Assembly: GCA_947483975.1 (NCBI GenBank)
Contig: CANKOL010000004.1
Coordinates: 1 to 42,271 of the forward strand
DNA: 42,271 nt
Direction: 5' to 3'
From: Sandaracinaceae bacterium
GTDB lineage: Bacteria > Myxococcota_A > Polyangia > Polyangiales > JADJQN01
This document shows positions 18,680 through 29,689 of this stretch, piece after piece. The translations under genes were made by a program, and so were the position numbers. The notes under the pieces are model-generated. The model was not told the origin of the DNA and searched no databases. It worked only from the letters and a program-made list of their open reading frames with translations. Position 1 is the first letter of the stretch, and the number at the start of each line of letters is the position of its first letter.

Positions 18680-20791
18680 TTAGGCTCTGTCCGGCGCGGC
18701 CAACAGCAACTCAGCGACAATCGACCGGAGCGCGGCGCTCTCGAATGGCTTCTCGAGGCGGCGATTCCCCGCGCGGGCGAGGTACTCCGAGGCGCGCGGC
18801 GTGTAGGCGCCGCCGGTGACGAACACCATGCGCGAGGCGGCCGCTGCGTCGTGACCGAGCAGCCACTCGTGCAGGTCCATCCCGGTCATATCCGGCATCA
18901 TCAGGTCGCAGAGGATCACGTCGAAGGCGGCGTCTCGCTCGAGGAGGGCCTTCGCCTCCGCGCCCGACCCCGCGGTCGTGACCTGATGCGCGCGTTCGAG
19001 CAGTCGCCTCATGCTCGAGCGGATCGTCGGCTCGTCATCCACGATCAAGATTCGCCCCGGGACCTCGCGGGCGAGCGCAGCTTTGGCGGGGCGCTCGGCC
19101 GGCTGTGGCTCCACACCTCGCTTCGTCACCGGCAACCGGACGAGCGCGCGGGTACCGACACCGACCTCGCTCTCCATGCGGATGTCGCCGCCGAACTCGC
19201 TGATGATGTTGCGGCTGATCGCCAGGCCGAGGCCCGAGCCCGTGCCGATGCTCTTCGAGCTGACGAAGGGGTCGAAGACGCGCGCGAGGTTCTCCGGGGC
19301 GATCCCCGCTCCGGTGTCGGCGACCTCGACGTTCACGTGCTCGTCCGTGGCCCACACGCGGAGACTGATCTGGTTGCCCTCGACGTCGCCCTCGCCGATC
19401 GCGTGCGCGGCGTTGACGAGCAGGTTCAAGAAGACCTGCGCGAGCTTGCCCTCGGAGGCCCACACCGCGGGCACCTCGGCGAAGGCCTTGAGGACTCTGG
19501 CGCGGTACTTGATCTCGTGGCGCGCCATGCTGACGGCCGCGTCCAGGGCGGACCTGACGTCGACGTTGTTCAGATCGGCCGACTCGACGCGCGCGAAGGT
19601 CCCGAGCCCCCGCGCCACCTCGCCGATGCGGCGCACGCCGGCGAGCGCTTCGGCGGCGCGACTGACGGCGTCCTCGACGGCGGCGAGCTCGAGCGCTTCT
19701 GCGCCGTCGTCGAGACCGGCGGTGCGTGCCTCGCCCGTCATGAGACCAGCTGCGCCGGTCGGCGCGCGCTTCGCGGCGGACACGAGCTTCGGGAGGTCCT
19801 CCGTCAGGCTCTCGAGGTTGCAGATCACGTACGAGAGCGGGTTGTTGATCTCGTGGGCCACACCCGCCGCGAGCAGGCCCATGCTGGCGAGCCGGTCCGA
19901 TTGCACGAGCCTCGCTTGGAGGCGGTCTCGCTCGAGCTGTCCTTGCCGGAGCGCGGTCACGTCTTGCAGGGCCATGACCACCGAGCGCTGCCTGCCCGCC
20001 GACAGGGGCTCGGCGTTGGCGATCAGCCAGCGGCGGTCCGTGTGCCCCGCGACCTCGACGTCGAGCTCCAGGGCTCGGTTCTGAACCGCGCTCCCGGCGA
20101 GCCCCTCGAGGATGGCGGCGTTCAAATCGCAGGCGCCGCAGCTCGGCCCGAAGCCGCAGCCGCGCGGGTCGTCGCCCCGGTGCACGCAGCCGACGATGTC
20201 CCCGGAGCGTCCCTTGCCCTCGGGCTTCAGCGCGCCGAACAGCAGCTTGGCCGCCGGGTTCACGTTCCCGACGCGGTGGGTCTCGTCGACGACGAAGATC
20301 GCCGCGGGCGCGGCGAGGAGGACCGCCTGGAGGTGGTCGCGCTCGGCCTGCGCGGCTCGGCGGCTCTGCTCCGCGTCGTCCCGCGCGCGCGCCATCGCGA
20401 GGTGCGCGCCAGTCCGCGCGAGCAGCTCCTCTTTGCGAATGGGCTTGGTGATGTAGTCGGCCGCGCCAGCCTGGAAGGCTTTGCCCTTGTCGTGATCCTC
20501 GTGCAGCCCGCTGAGGAAGATCACCGGCACGTCGGCGGTGTTCACGTCGGCCTTCAGCAGGCGGCACACCTGGAAGCCGTCCATTCCGGGAAGCTGGATG
20601 TCGAGCAGCACGAGCGCAGGCGGCCTCGCCCGCGCGCTGCGGAGGGCGAGCGCTGCATCGCTGGCCGGTCGCACCCGGTAGCCCGCTTCCGTCAAGAGTT
20701 CCGTCATCAGCCGCATGGAGGAGGCGTCGTCCTCGACGACGAGCACCTCGGCCCCGCCGAGGGGCTCGGTGGTGCCAGCTTCCGGACTCAT
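18680..20791 (-). CDS. Hybrid histidine kinase REC-PAS-like-HisKA-HATPase-REC
   Basis: N-terminal REC (VLVVEDD, LLDIQLPGMDG, KP); H-box AHEINNPL; N/G boxes QVFLNLLVNA, DTGAGI, GSGLGL; C-terminal REC (ILIVDDE, CDLMMP, KP). Confidence 0.92.
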   Translation of the reverse strand: MSPEAGTTEPLGGAEVLVVEDDASSMRLMTELLTEAGYRVRPASDAALALRSARARPPALVLLDIQLPGMDGFQVCRLLKADVNTADVPVIFLSGLHEDHDKGKAFQAGAADYITKPIRKEELLARTGAHLAMARARDDAEQSRRAAQAERDHLQAVLLAAPAAIFVVDETHRVGNVNPAAKLLFGALKPEGKGRSGDIVGCVHRGDDPRGCGFGPSCGACDLNAAILEGLAGSAVQNRALELDVEVAGHTDRRWLIANAEPLSAGRQRSVVMALQDVTALRQGQLERDRLQARLVQSDRLASMGLLAAGVAHEINNPLSYVICNLESLTEDLPKLVSAAKRAPTGAAGLMTGEARTAGLDDGAEALELAAVEDAVSRAAEALAGVRRIGEVARGLGTFARVESADLNNVDVRSALDAAVSMARHEIKYRARVLKAFAEVPAVWASEGKLAQVFLNLLVNAAHAIGEGDVEGNQISLRVWATDEHVNVEVADTGAGIAPENLARVFDPFVSSKSIGTGSGLGLAISRNIISEFGGDIRMESEVGVGTRALVRLPVTKRGVEPQPAERPAKAALAREVPGRILIVDDEPTIRSSMRRLLERAHQVTTAGSGAEAKALLERDAAFDVILCDLMMPDMTGMDLHEWLLGHDAAAASRMVFVTGGAYTPRASEYLARAGNRRLEKPFESAALRSIVAELLLAAPDRA

Positions 20792-22551
20792 CGCGCTCCG
20801 CCTTTCATTCCGACTCGATCGAGGACTTCCAAGCGCTCCCGAAATTCCAGCTTCGAGAGCATCGAGCGCAGACGCCCCGCCAGCGCGGCGTCGACCTCTT
20901 CTATCCGGCGCAGCACCCGCAGGCAGGCGTCGGTGTCGAGCAACTCTGCTGCAGCTTGCAGCGCCGCGGTCAGGTCGCGCGGCAGCGCCTCGAGTTGGGC
21001 CGCCTCGAGCCCCGGCTCCGGGGCCGCGTCGGGCGCGTCGGGCGCACCGTACGTGAAGCGCGCGCCGAGCAAGCTCTCGAGCGCGGCGATGAGCTCCTCC
21101 TCTTCTACGGGCTTGCGGATGACGACGTCACAGCCTGCGGCGAGGATCTCCGCCCGCTCGACGGTGAGCGCGTGCGCCGTGACCGCGATGATCTTGGCGC
21201 TCCTGCCAGCCGCCGTCGCGCGGATCCGCTTCGTCGCCTCCCGCCCGTCCATCACCGGCATTCGGATGTCCATCAGGACGAGGTGCGGCGCCCACTGCTC
21301 GAATGCCGCGACCGCCTCCGCCCCGTCGCTCGCCTCGCGGACCGCGAACCCCAGCGGCTCGACCATGGTCCGCAGCAAGAGGCGGTTCTCCGCCATGTCC
21401 TCGGCGATCAGGACGCGATACTCCGGCTGCCCAGGCTCGAGCCCGACGACCCGCAGCCGCCGCCTCGCCTTCGCAGCCTCCTCGGTCGACGAGACGCCGA
21501 CAGGGACCTCGACCACGAAGAGCGAGCCCCCGGACGCCCCCGCAGTGACGGTGATCTGTCCCCCCATCAGCTCCACGAACTTCTTGCTGATGGTCAGCCC
21601 GAGCCCGGTGCCGCGGTCGATCGACCCGCGCGCTGACACCTGCACGAACGCTTCGAAAACCCGCTCGCGGTCGGCGACCTCGATCCCAGGCCCGGTGTCC
21701 TCGACCTCGAAGCGGAGCCACTGCCGCCTCGCGGCGCCGAGCCTCGACTCGCCGCGCGGGCCCGGCGCCGTGCAGCAGACGCGCATCGTGACGCTGCCCG
21801 CGCTCGTGAACTTGATCGCGTTGCCGACCAAGTTGATCAGCACCTGCCGGAGCTTGTTCGCGTCGACGATGACCGAGCGCGGCACGCCCACCGCGAAGTC
21901 GAGGCTCAGCTTGAGGCCCTTGGCCGAGGCCCTCGAGCCCATCAGCGCGTCCACGTCGCCGACGACCTCGCGCACCTCCGCGTGCCGCTCCTCGAGCTCG
22001 ATCCGGCCCGAGGCGACCTTGGCCACGTCGAGCACGTTGTTGATCACCTCGAGCAGGTGCTCCCCGCTCCGCGTGATGATCTCGAGGATCGGCACCTGCC
22101 GCGCGGTCACATCGGGCGCGTCGCGCAACTGCCGCGAGAAGCCGAGCACCGCGTTCAGGGGCGTGCGCAGCTCGTGGCTCACGTTCGCGAGGAACACGTC
22201 CTTCGAGCGGTTGGCCTCCTCCGCTCGCTCGGCTCTCTCTCTCGCGCGCCGCGCCGACTCCATCGCGCCCGCGATGAACGCGCCGCTCAGCAGGAAGACC
22301 GCCATGGCCAGCCCCTCCGCCGAGGACAGCTCGCGCTGTTGGACCCAGAGGAAGCAGACCAGCGCCGACAGCGCCGTCGCGAGCAGCCCGGCGGGCAGAC
22401 CGCCGAGGACCGCCGCGGCCATGACGGCTGGGTAGAACGTCGCGTAGGGGGTGCCCCTCCCGAGACCGGCGAAGAGCAGCGCGCGCAGGCCCGCCGCGGC
22501 GGCCACGGCGAGCGTGGCTCCGCCCAGGTCGAGCCAAACGCGGCGATTCAT
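20788..22551 (-). CDS. Membrane hybrid histidine kinase, DUF4118-like-HisKA-HATPase-REC
   Basis: Four-TM N-terminus (PYATFYPAV..AA.LGG); SHELRTPLN; QVLINLVGNAIKFT; DTGPGI; GTGLGL; REC LMDIRMPVMDG. ATGA overlap with the next gene. Confidence 0.92.
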   Translation of the reverse strand: MNRRVWLDLGGATLAVAAAAGLRALLFAGLGRGTPYATFYPAVMAAAVLGGLPAGLLATALSALVCFLWVQQRELSSAEGLAMAVFLLSGAFIAGAMESARRARERAERAEEANRSKDVFLANVSHELRTPLNAVLGFSRQLRDAPDVTARQVPILEIITRSGEHLLEVINNVLDVAKVASGRIELEERHAEVREVVGDVDALMGSRASAKGLKLSLDFAVGVPRSVIVDANKLRQVLINLVGNAIKFTSAGSVTMRVCCTAPGPRGESRLGAARRQWLRFEVEDTGPGIEVADRERVFEAFVQVSARGSIDRGTGLGLTISKKFVELMGGQITVTAGASGGSLFVVEVPVGVSSTEEAAKARRRLRVVGLEPGQPEYRVLIAEDMAENRLLLRTMVEPLGFAVREASDGAEAVAAFEQWAPHLVLMDIRMPVMDGREATKRIRATAAGRSAKIIAVTAHALTVERAEILAAGCDVVIRKPVEEEELIAALESLLGARFTYGAPDAPDAAPEPGLEAAQLEALPRDLTAALQAAAELLDTDACLRVLRRIEEVDAALAGRLRSMLSKLEFRERLEVLDRVGMKGGAR

Positions 22552-22658
22552 CGGGCTTGAGCCCCGCTCGGATACATCTGCGCCATCACGCTACCATGGC
22601 GGGCGGCGTGTGAAGTGCGGTCTCCCGAAGCGCGCCGGATTTACCCCGCCGTCCGCGC

Positions 22659-22687
22659 TTGCACGCGTCGCACGCGCGCTGCAACAT
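22659..22687 (+). promoter_or_regulatory. Candidate sigma70 promoter for the topoisomerase operon
   Basis: TTGCAC, 17 nt, CAACAT upstream of ATG 22732. Confidence 0.35.
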
Positions 22688-22731
22688 CGCCCTCCGCTTG
22701 CACCTGAACGGCGGTGCAGCGTCGGGACTCC

Positions 22732-25107
22732 ATGGCCAAGAAGAAAGACGACCAGATGAACCTCTTCGGCTCGGCGCCCGCGGCGTCGGTCGAGGACAAG
22801 CCGCTCGCCGAAGAGGCGCAGCGCCGCTACCTGCACTACGCGCTCAGCGTCATCACCTCGCGCGCGCTCCCCGACGTGCGCGACGGGCTGAAGCCGGTGC
22901 AGCGCCGCATCCTCTACGCGATGCGCGAGCTCGGGCTGCGCCCCGATCAGAAGTTCCGCAAGTGCGCGCTCGTCGTCGGCGACGTGCTCGGCAAGTTCCA
23001 CCCGCACGGGGACGCGTCGGTCTACGAGGCGATGGTCCGCCTCGCGCAGGACTTCACGCTGCGCGCCCCGCTCGTCGACGGACGCGGCAACTTCGGCTCG
23101 GCCGACGGGGACTCCGCCGCCGCCTACCGCTACACCGAGGCGAAGCTGCGCCCGATGGCGATGGAGCTCCTCGCCGAGCTCGACCAAGACACGGTCTTCT
23201 GGCGCCCGAACTTCGACAACACGCGGCAAGAGCCGGGCGTGCTGCCGGCGCGCTTCCCGCACCTGCTCGTCAACGGCTCGGTCGGCATCGCCGTCGGCAT
23301 GGCGACGAGCATCCCGCCCCACAATCTGGGCGAGGTCGTCGACGCCTGCGTCGCGATGATCGACGAGCCCGACCTGCCGACGGTCAAGCTGCTCAAGTTC
23401 ATCAAGGGCCCAGATTTCCCCACCGGCGGGCAGATCCTGTCATCGCGCGCGGAGCTTCAGAACGTCTACGAGACGGGCCAAGGCTCCGTGAAGCTGCGCG
23501 GCGAGTGGAAGACCGAGGAGCTCAAGAAGGGCGGGCTGCAGCTCGTCATCACGTCGATCCCATACAGCGTCGAGCGCAAGACCATCGTCGAGAAGATCGC
23601 CGAGGTGATCATCTCGAAGAAGCTGCCCGTGCTGCTCGACGTCCGCGACGAGAGCACCGCCGAGACGCGCGTCGTGCTCGAGATCAAGAAGGACACCGAG
23701 CCGAGCCTCGTGATGGCCTATCTCTTCAAGCACACGCCGCTGCTCGTCAACGTGCAGGTCAACCTGACCTGCCTCGTGCCGACCGAGAACATCGAGGTCC
23801 CCGCGCCGCAGCGCCTCGACCTGCGCGCGATGATCCGGCACTTCCTCGACTTCCGCTTCGACGTCGTGACCAAGCGCTTGCGCTTCGAGCTCACCGCCGT
23901 CGAGCGCCGCATCCACGTCCTCGAGGCGCTCGCGATCGTGTTCGACGCGCTCGACGAGACGATCCGCATCATCCGGAAGTCCGAGGGCAAGCGCGACGCG
24001 GCCGAGAAACTGATGAAGCGTTTCGGCCTCGACGCCGAGCAGGTCGACGCGATCCTCGAGCTCCGCCTCTATCGCCTCGCGCAGCTCGAGATCAACCTGA
24101 TCCGCGAGGAGCTCGGCGAGCGTCAGAAGGAGCAGAAGCGCATCGGCGCGCTCCTCAAGAGCCCAGACGCGCGCTGGAAGCTGATCCGCGCGGAGCTGCT
24201 CGAGCTGAAGACGAACTTCGCCGACCGTCGCCGCTCGCGCATCGGCGGCTCCGTCGAGGAGCCGACGTACGACGCCGAGGCGTTCATCATCGACGAGGAC
24301 GCGACCGTCGTGCTGACGCAGCAGGGCTGGATCAAGCGGCAGCGCGAGGTGAAGGACGTCAACTCCACGCGTACGCGCGACGGAGATGCGGTGCTCGAGG
24401 TCGTCGCCGGCTCGACGAAGGCGTCGGTCGCGTTCTTCTCGAACAAGGGCACCTGCTACGTCGCGCGCATCGTCGATCTGCCCGCGACGACGGGCTACGG
24501 CGAGCCGATGTCCAAGCTCTTCAAGCTCGACGATGGCGAGCGGATCATCTCGATGATGACGTTCGATCCGCGCTTCCGCGAAGTGCCCGAGGAGACCGAA
24601 GGCGCCACGGAGCCCGAGGCGCCGTATGCCGTCGTCGTGACGAAGGGCGGCATGACCTCGCGCTTCTCGCTGCGCGCGCACCGGGAGCCCTCGACCCGCG
24701 CGGGGCGCAAGTTCACGCGCCTCGGCGACTACCCGAAGGGCGGCGACGAGGTGCTGCTCGTCGCGCCGATCGACGAGGATCAGTACGTCACCGTCGCGAC
24801 GGTGAAGGGGCACGCGCTCGCGGTCGATCAGAGCGAGATCCCGCTGCTCGGCGGACCGGGCAAGGGCGTGATGCTCGTGAAGCTGCACGACGGCGACAGC
24901 GTGCTCGGCGCGCAGGTGCTGATGGGCAGCCACGAGTCGCTCGTCGTCGAGAAAGAGGGCGGCACGCGCTTCGAGCTGACCATCCGCAAGTTCGCGGGCA
25001 CGCGCGCCGGCTACGGCGCGGAGCTCTTCAAACGCGGGGTCCTCGAGCGCGTCGTGCTGCCCGAGATCACGCTCCCCGGCACCATCCTCGCTCCCGAATC
25101 GACTTGA
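22732..25107 (+). CDS. parC: Type IIA topoisomerase subunit A, probably topoisomerase IV ParC
   Basis: [24 protein letters not shown], catalytic [15 protein letters not shown]; no QRRGGKG GyrA-box visible in the CTD. Confidence 0.8.
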   Translation: MAKKKDDQMNLFGSAPAASVEDKPLAEEAQRRYLHYALSVITSRALPDVRDGLKPVQRRILYAMRELGLRPDQKFRKCALVVGDVLGKFHPHGDASVYEAMVRLAQDFTLRAPLVDGRGNFGSADGDSAAAYRYTEAKLRPMAMELLAELDQDTVFWRPNFDNTRQEPGVLPARFPHLLVNGSVGIAVGMATSIPPHNLGEVVDACVAMIDEPDLPTVKLLKFIKGPDFPTGGQILSSRAELQNVYETGQGSVKLRGEWKTEELKKGGLQLVITSIPYSVERKTIVEKIAEVIISKKLPVLLDVRDESTAETRVVLEIKKDTEPSLVMAYLFKHTPLLVNVQVNLTCLVPTENIEVPAPQRLDLRAMIRHFLDFRFDVVTKRLRFELTAVERRIHVLEALAIVFDALDETIRIIRKSEGKRDAAEKLMKRFGLDAEQVDAILELRLYRLAQLEINLIREELGERQKEQKRIGALLKSPDARWKLIRAELLELKTNFADRRRSRIGGSVEEPTYDAEAFIIDEDATVVLTQQGWIKRQREVKDVNSTRTRDGDAVLEVVAGSTKASVAFFSNKGTCYVARIVDLPATTGYGEPMSKLFKLDDGERIISMMTFDPRFREVPEETEGATEPEAPYAVVVTKGGMTSRFSLRAHREPSTRAGRKFTRLGDYPKGGDEVLLVAPIDEDQYVTVATVKGHALAVDQSEIPLLGGPGKGVMLVKLHDGDSVLGAQVLMGSHESLVVEKEGGTRFELTIRKFAGTRAGYGAELFKRGVLERVVLPEITLPGTILAPEST

Positions 25108-25122
25108 GCAGACTGCAACTGA

Positions 25123-27051
<1,929 letters not shown>

Positions 27052-27106
27052 CTCGAGGCGCAGGAGTCAGGCGCTCAGCGCCGTGTGCACCCCTGTCGAG
27101 CGGCGC

Positions 27107-27658
27107 TCAGCGCGGCTTGCGGGGACCGCGGCGTAGTCCGCGACCGCCTCGCAGCGCGAGGCCGCACAGCGCGGCGATGACGAGCGAGAGCCCGCCGAGC
27201 GTCGCGCCGCCGCCGGGCAAGCTGCAGCCGCAGCCGTACTTCGCGTGTCGAGCGGTGCCGCCATCGGCCGCCACGCCGGCGTCGTGCGTCGGGTCCGGGG
27301 CGCAAACGCGGCGCGTCGTACAGGCGCCGAGCCCGCAGCCGCCCGGCGCGCACTCGCCGCTCGACCGCTCGCTGGTGAACATCCCGTAGCCGCTCGTGCA
27401 GTCGAACGGACCGACGCAGAGGGAGACGTCGCGGCACGCGAAGCCGACCCCGCACTCGTCGGTGGTCGCGCAGGTCGCGGGCGTGCAGTAGGGCCCGCCG
27501 TGGCAGGTCGAGCCGCGCGTGAAGGCGGGGCAGGTCTCGGGCGGTGGGCTGACGACGTCCGCGCGCGCCGCGCCGCCGGAGGCGAGGGTGGTGGCGAGCA
27601 CGGCGAGCAAGCCGAGCCCGCGACGGGCCATCGAGGAGCGGAGGGAAGTGAAGTGCAT
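27107..27658 (-). CDS. Small Cys-rich exported protein with a MYXO-CTERM-like sorting tail
   Basis: Signal peptide ending ARA-D; Cys-rich core; GCGC + Gly linker + hydrophobic helix + basic tail. Start at 27658 or 27631. Confidence 0.65.
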   Translation of the reverse strand: MHFTSLRSSMARRGLGLLAVLATTLASGGAARADVVSPPPETCPAFTRGSTCHGGPYCTPATCATTDECGVGFACRDVSLCVGPFDCTSGYGMFTSERSSGECAPGGCGLGACTTRRVCAPDPTHDAGVAADGGTARHAKYGCGCSLPGGGATLGGLSLVIAALCGLALRGGRGLRRGPRKPR

Positions 27659-27757
27659 GGGACGAGGGTACGCACGGCGCCCGGGCGCGGCCAGCCTGCG
27701 GCTTTCTTGCCCACTGAGGAAGTTCTTCTGTAAGCACGTCTCGAAGCCGGCCGCGAA

Positions 27758-27773
27758 GCACTTGTGGAAGTGC
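27758..27773. promoter_or_regulatory. Inverted repeat upstream of the parA-like operon (candidate operator)
   Basis: GCACTT-GTGG-AAGTGC; related AAGCAC at 27732-27737. Confidence 0.4.
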
Positions 27774-27802
27774 AGCGTGTCGCGCTCGCGAGGGAGCCTG
27801 AG

Positions 27803-28927
27803 ATGGAGACGCCGGCGTCGACGTGCAGCGTGTGCAGCCGCGAATTCGTGGCGAAGTTCCGCTATCAGGTGCGCGAGGAGAACGGGCGTTTCATGCACTT
27901 CTGCTCACAGATGTGCCAGGAGCGCGGGCTTCGCGCCGACGCCGCTTGCGCGTGCTCGGTGTGCAAGCGCAGCTTCGTCTTCGAATTCGCGTACCAGTGC
28001 GCGACGCACGATGGCGCGCCGGTCTACTTCTGCACGCCGACCTGCCGCGAGCGGGGCGTCAGCGCTGTCCGCCCGAGCGCCGCGCAGCCCACGAATCAGG
28101 GCCCGCGGCGCATCGCGGTGTTCAACCACAAGGGCGGCACCGGCAAGACGACGACGGCGGTCAACATCGCCGCCGCGCTCGCGGAGAAGGGCAAGCGCGT
28201 CCTGCTCGTCGACGCGGACGGGCAGGGGAACGTCGGCATTTCGCTCGGCATCCGCGGCGAGAAGACGCTCTATCACGTGCTCGTGCACGGGATGTCGGTC
28301 GAGGAGTGCGCCATCCCCGTGCGCAACGGACTCGATGTGTTGACCTCCAACGAGGCGCTCGCCGCGGCCGAGCTTTACCTCGCAGGGCGACCGAACCGCG
28401 ACCGGGTGATGCGCGAGCGCCTCGGGTCGCGCGCGGATGCGTACGACGTCGTCGTGCTGGACTGCGCGCCCGCGCTGTCGCTGATGAACCAGAACGCGCT
28501 CGTCTACGCGGACAGCGTGATCATCCCGGTGTCTTGCGACTATCTCTCGCTGGTCGGCGTCAAGCAGGTGCTCCGCACGATCAAGAACGTGCGCGAGATG
28601 CTCAAGCACGACGTCGCGATCCTCGGGGTCGTGCCGACGTTCTACGACGTGCGAAACAAGATCTCGCGCGAGGCCGTCGACGCGCTGAAGGCGCACTTCG
28701 GGGACCGCTGCCTGCCCCCGATCCGCGTCAACACGAAGCTGCGCGAGGCGCCGAGCGCCAAGCAGACGATTTTCGAGTACGCGCCCGACAGCCACGGCGC
28801 GGCCGACTATCTGACGCTCGTCGAGCGCGTGCTCGCGGGCACGGGCAGCACGTCGAGCGCGGAGCTACCGAGCGCCGAGCCAGCGCCATCGAGCCGCATG
28901 AACATGGAGCTGAGCGCCGCTGTCTGA
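27803..28927 (+). CDS. ParA/Soj-family ATPase with two N-terminal TRASH/zf-FCS-like metal-binding domains
   Basis: CSVC..FCSQMC and CSVC..FCTPTC; deviant Walker A KGGTGKTT; LLVDADGQGN; LDCAP; FYDVR; KLREAPS. Confidence 0.88.
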   Translation: METPASTCSVCSREFVAKFRYQVREENGRFMHFCSQMCQERGLRADAACACSVCKRSFVFEFAYQCATHDGAPVYFCTPTCRERGVSAVRPSAAQPTNQGPRRIAVFNHKGGTGKTTTAVNIAAALAEKGKRVLLVDADGQGNVGISLGIRGEKTLYHVLVHGMSVEECAIPVRNGLDVLTSNEALAAAELYLAGRPNRDRVMRERLGSRADAYDVVVLDCAPALSLMNQNALVYADSVIIPVSCDYLSLVGVKQVLRTIKNVREMLKHDVAILGVVPTFYDVRNKISREAVDALKAHFGDRCLPPIRVNTKLREAPSAKQTIFEYAPDSHGAADYLTLVERVLAGTGSTSSAELPSAEPAPSSRMNMELSAAV

Positions 28928-28949
28928 GCGAGCGCCGAGGAGACACGCG

Positions 28950-29291
28950 ATGACGACCAGCGATAGGAGCGGCGCGGGAGCCGCGCACGCCTTGTTCGAC
29001 GGCGATGAGGTCCGCGAGGTCCTCCGCGACACGTTCTTCCGCAGCGAGCCCGTCGCGCCGGTCGTCGCTGCGCCCCGCGCCCGCCGCGCGAAAGGCCCCG
29101 CGAAGGCCGTGCCGAAGGAGCAGCTGCCCTACGAGGTCATCTGCATCTCGATGTACCGCGAGGACCTCGCGGCGCTCGACGAGAAGGTCCGCGACCTCAA
29201 GACGCGCGGGCACCGCAAGATGAGCAGGAGCGCGCTGATCCGCTACGCGCTCGCCCACGTCGACACCGCGGCGCTGCCGCGAGCTTGGTGA
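28950..29291 (+). CDS. Small protein with C-terminal ribbon-helix-helix-like domain (ParA partner candidate)
   Basis: ICISMYREDLAALDEKVRDLK...MSRSALIRYAL; SD GAGGAG; 22 nt after the ParA gene. Confidence 0.65.
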   Translation: MTTSDRSGAGAAHALFDGDEVREVLRDTFFRSEPVAPVVAAPRARRAKGPAKAVPKEQLPYEVICISMYREDLAALDEKVRDLKTRGHRKMSRSALIRYALAHVDTAALPRAW

Positions 29292-29310
29292 GCGCGGGCG
29301 GGCGGTAGGC

Positions 29311-29676
29311 TCAGGGCTTGGAGGCAGGCCAGGTCGAACGCAGCAGCGGCGCCGTCTCGTCGGGATCGCCGAGCTCACCGCGGAACATCGCCATGATGTC
29401 CGGCGCCTTCACGCAGACCCACGCGGCGGCCTCGGCGAAGTCCATCACGATGGCGTCGCTGATCGTCGAACCCGAAGAGAGCATCTGCTTGCACGCCTCG
29501 TGCAACCGCAGGTAGTCCGTGAGGCGCGTGCCGAACTCCGCCTCCGCGAGCTTGGTCACCATGCACTTCTCGACCTTCACGAACGCGCCCACGGGCTTGT
29601 CCCCGAAGCGGTCGGCGAAGCGCTCCAGATAGAGGTCGTACGCGGCGGTGACGTCGTAGTCTCTCGCGGGGGTCAT
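29311..29676 (-). CDS. Hypothetical protein, 121 aa, downstream of hutI
   Basis: Protein-like composition; co-oriented 13 nt after the hutI stop. Confidence 0.6.
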   Translation of the reverse strand: MTPARDYDVTAAYDLYLERFADRFGDKPVGAFVKVEKCMVTKLAEAEFGTRLTDYLRLHEACKQMLSSGSTISDAIVMDFAEAAAWVCVKAPDIMAMFRGELGDPDETAPLLRSTWPASKP

Positions 29677-29689
29677 GGGTGCGCCGAAC

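Noticed and set aside
18560..18685. Possible integron attC (GCCTAAC at the kinase stop, plus a hairpin)
   Set aside because: No matching GTTRRRY at the far end on that strand; no integrase or cassette array.
22233..22243. (CT)5 tract in the hybrid kinase as a phase-variation site
   Set aside because: Too short, and the frame is intact.
27070..27113. 12-bp direct repeat GGCGCTCAGCGC with a 20-nt spacer
   Set aside because: Only two short GC-rich copies and no cas genes; not a CRISPR and not a convincing target-site duplication.
27803..29291. Plasmid or prophage origin of the ParA-RHH pair
   Set aside because: Flanked by housekeeping genes, host-like composition, and no rep, integrase or att features seen.
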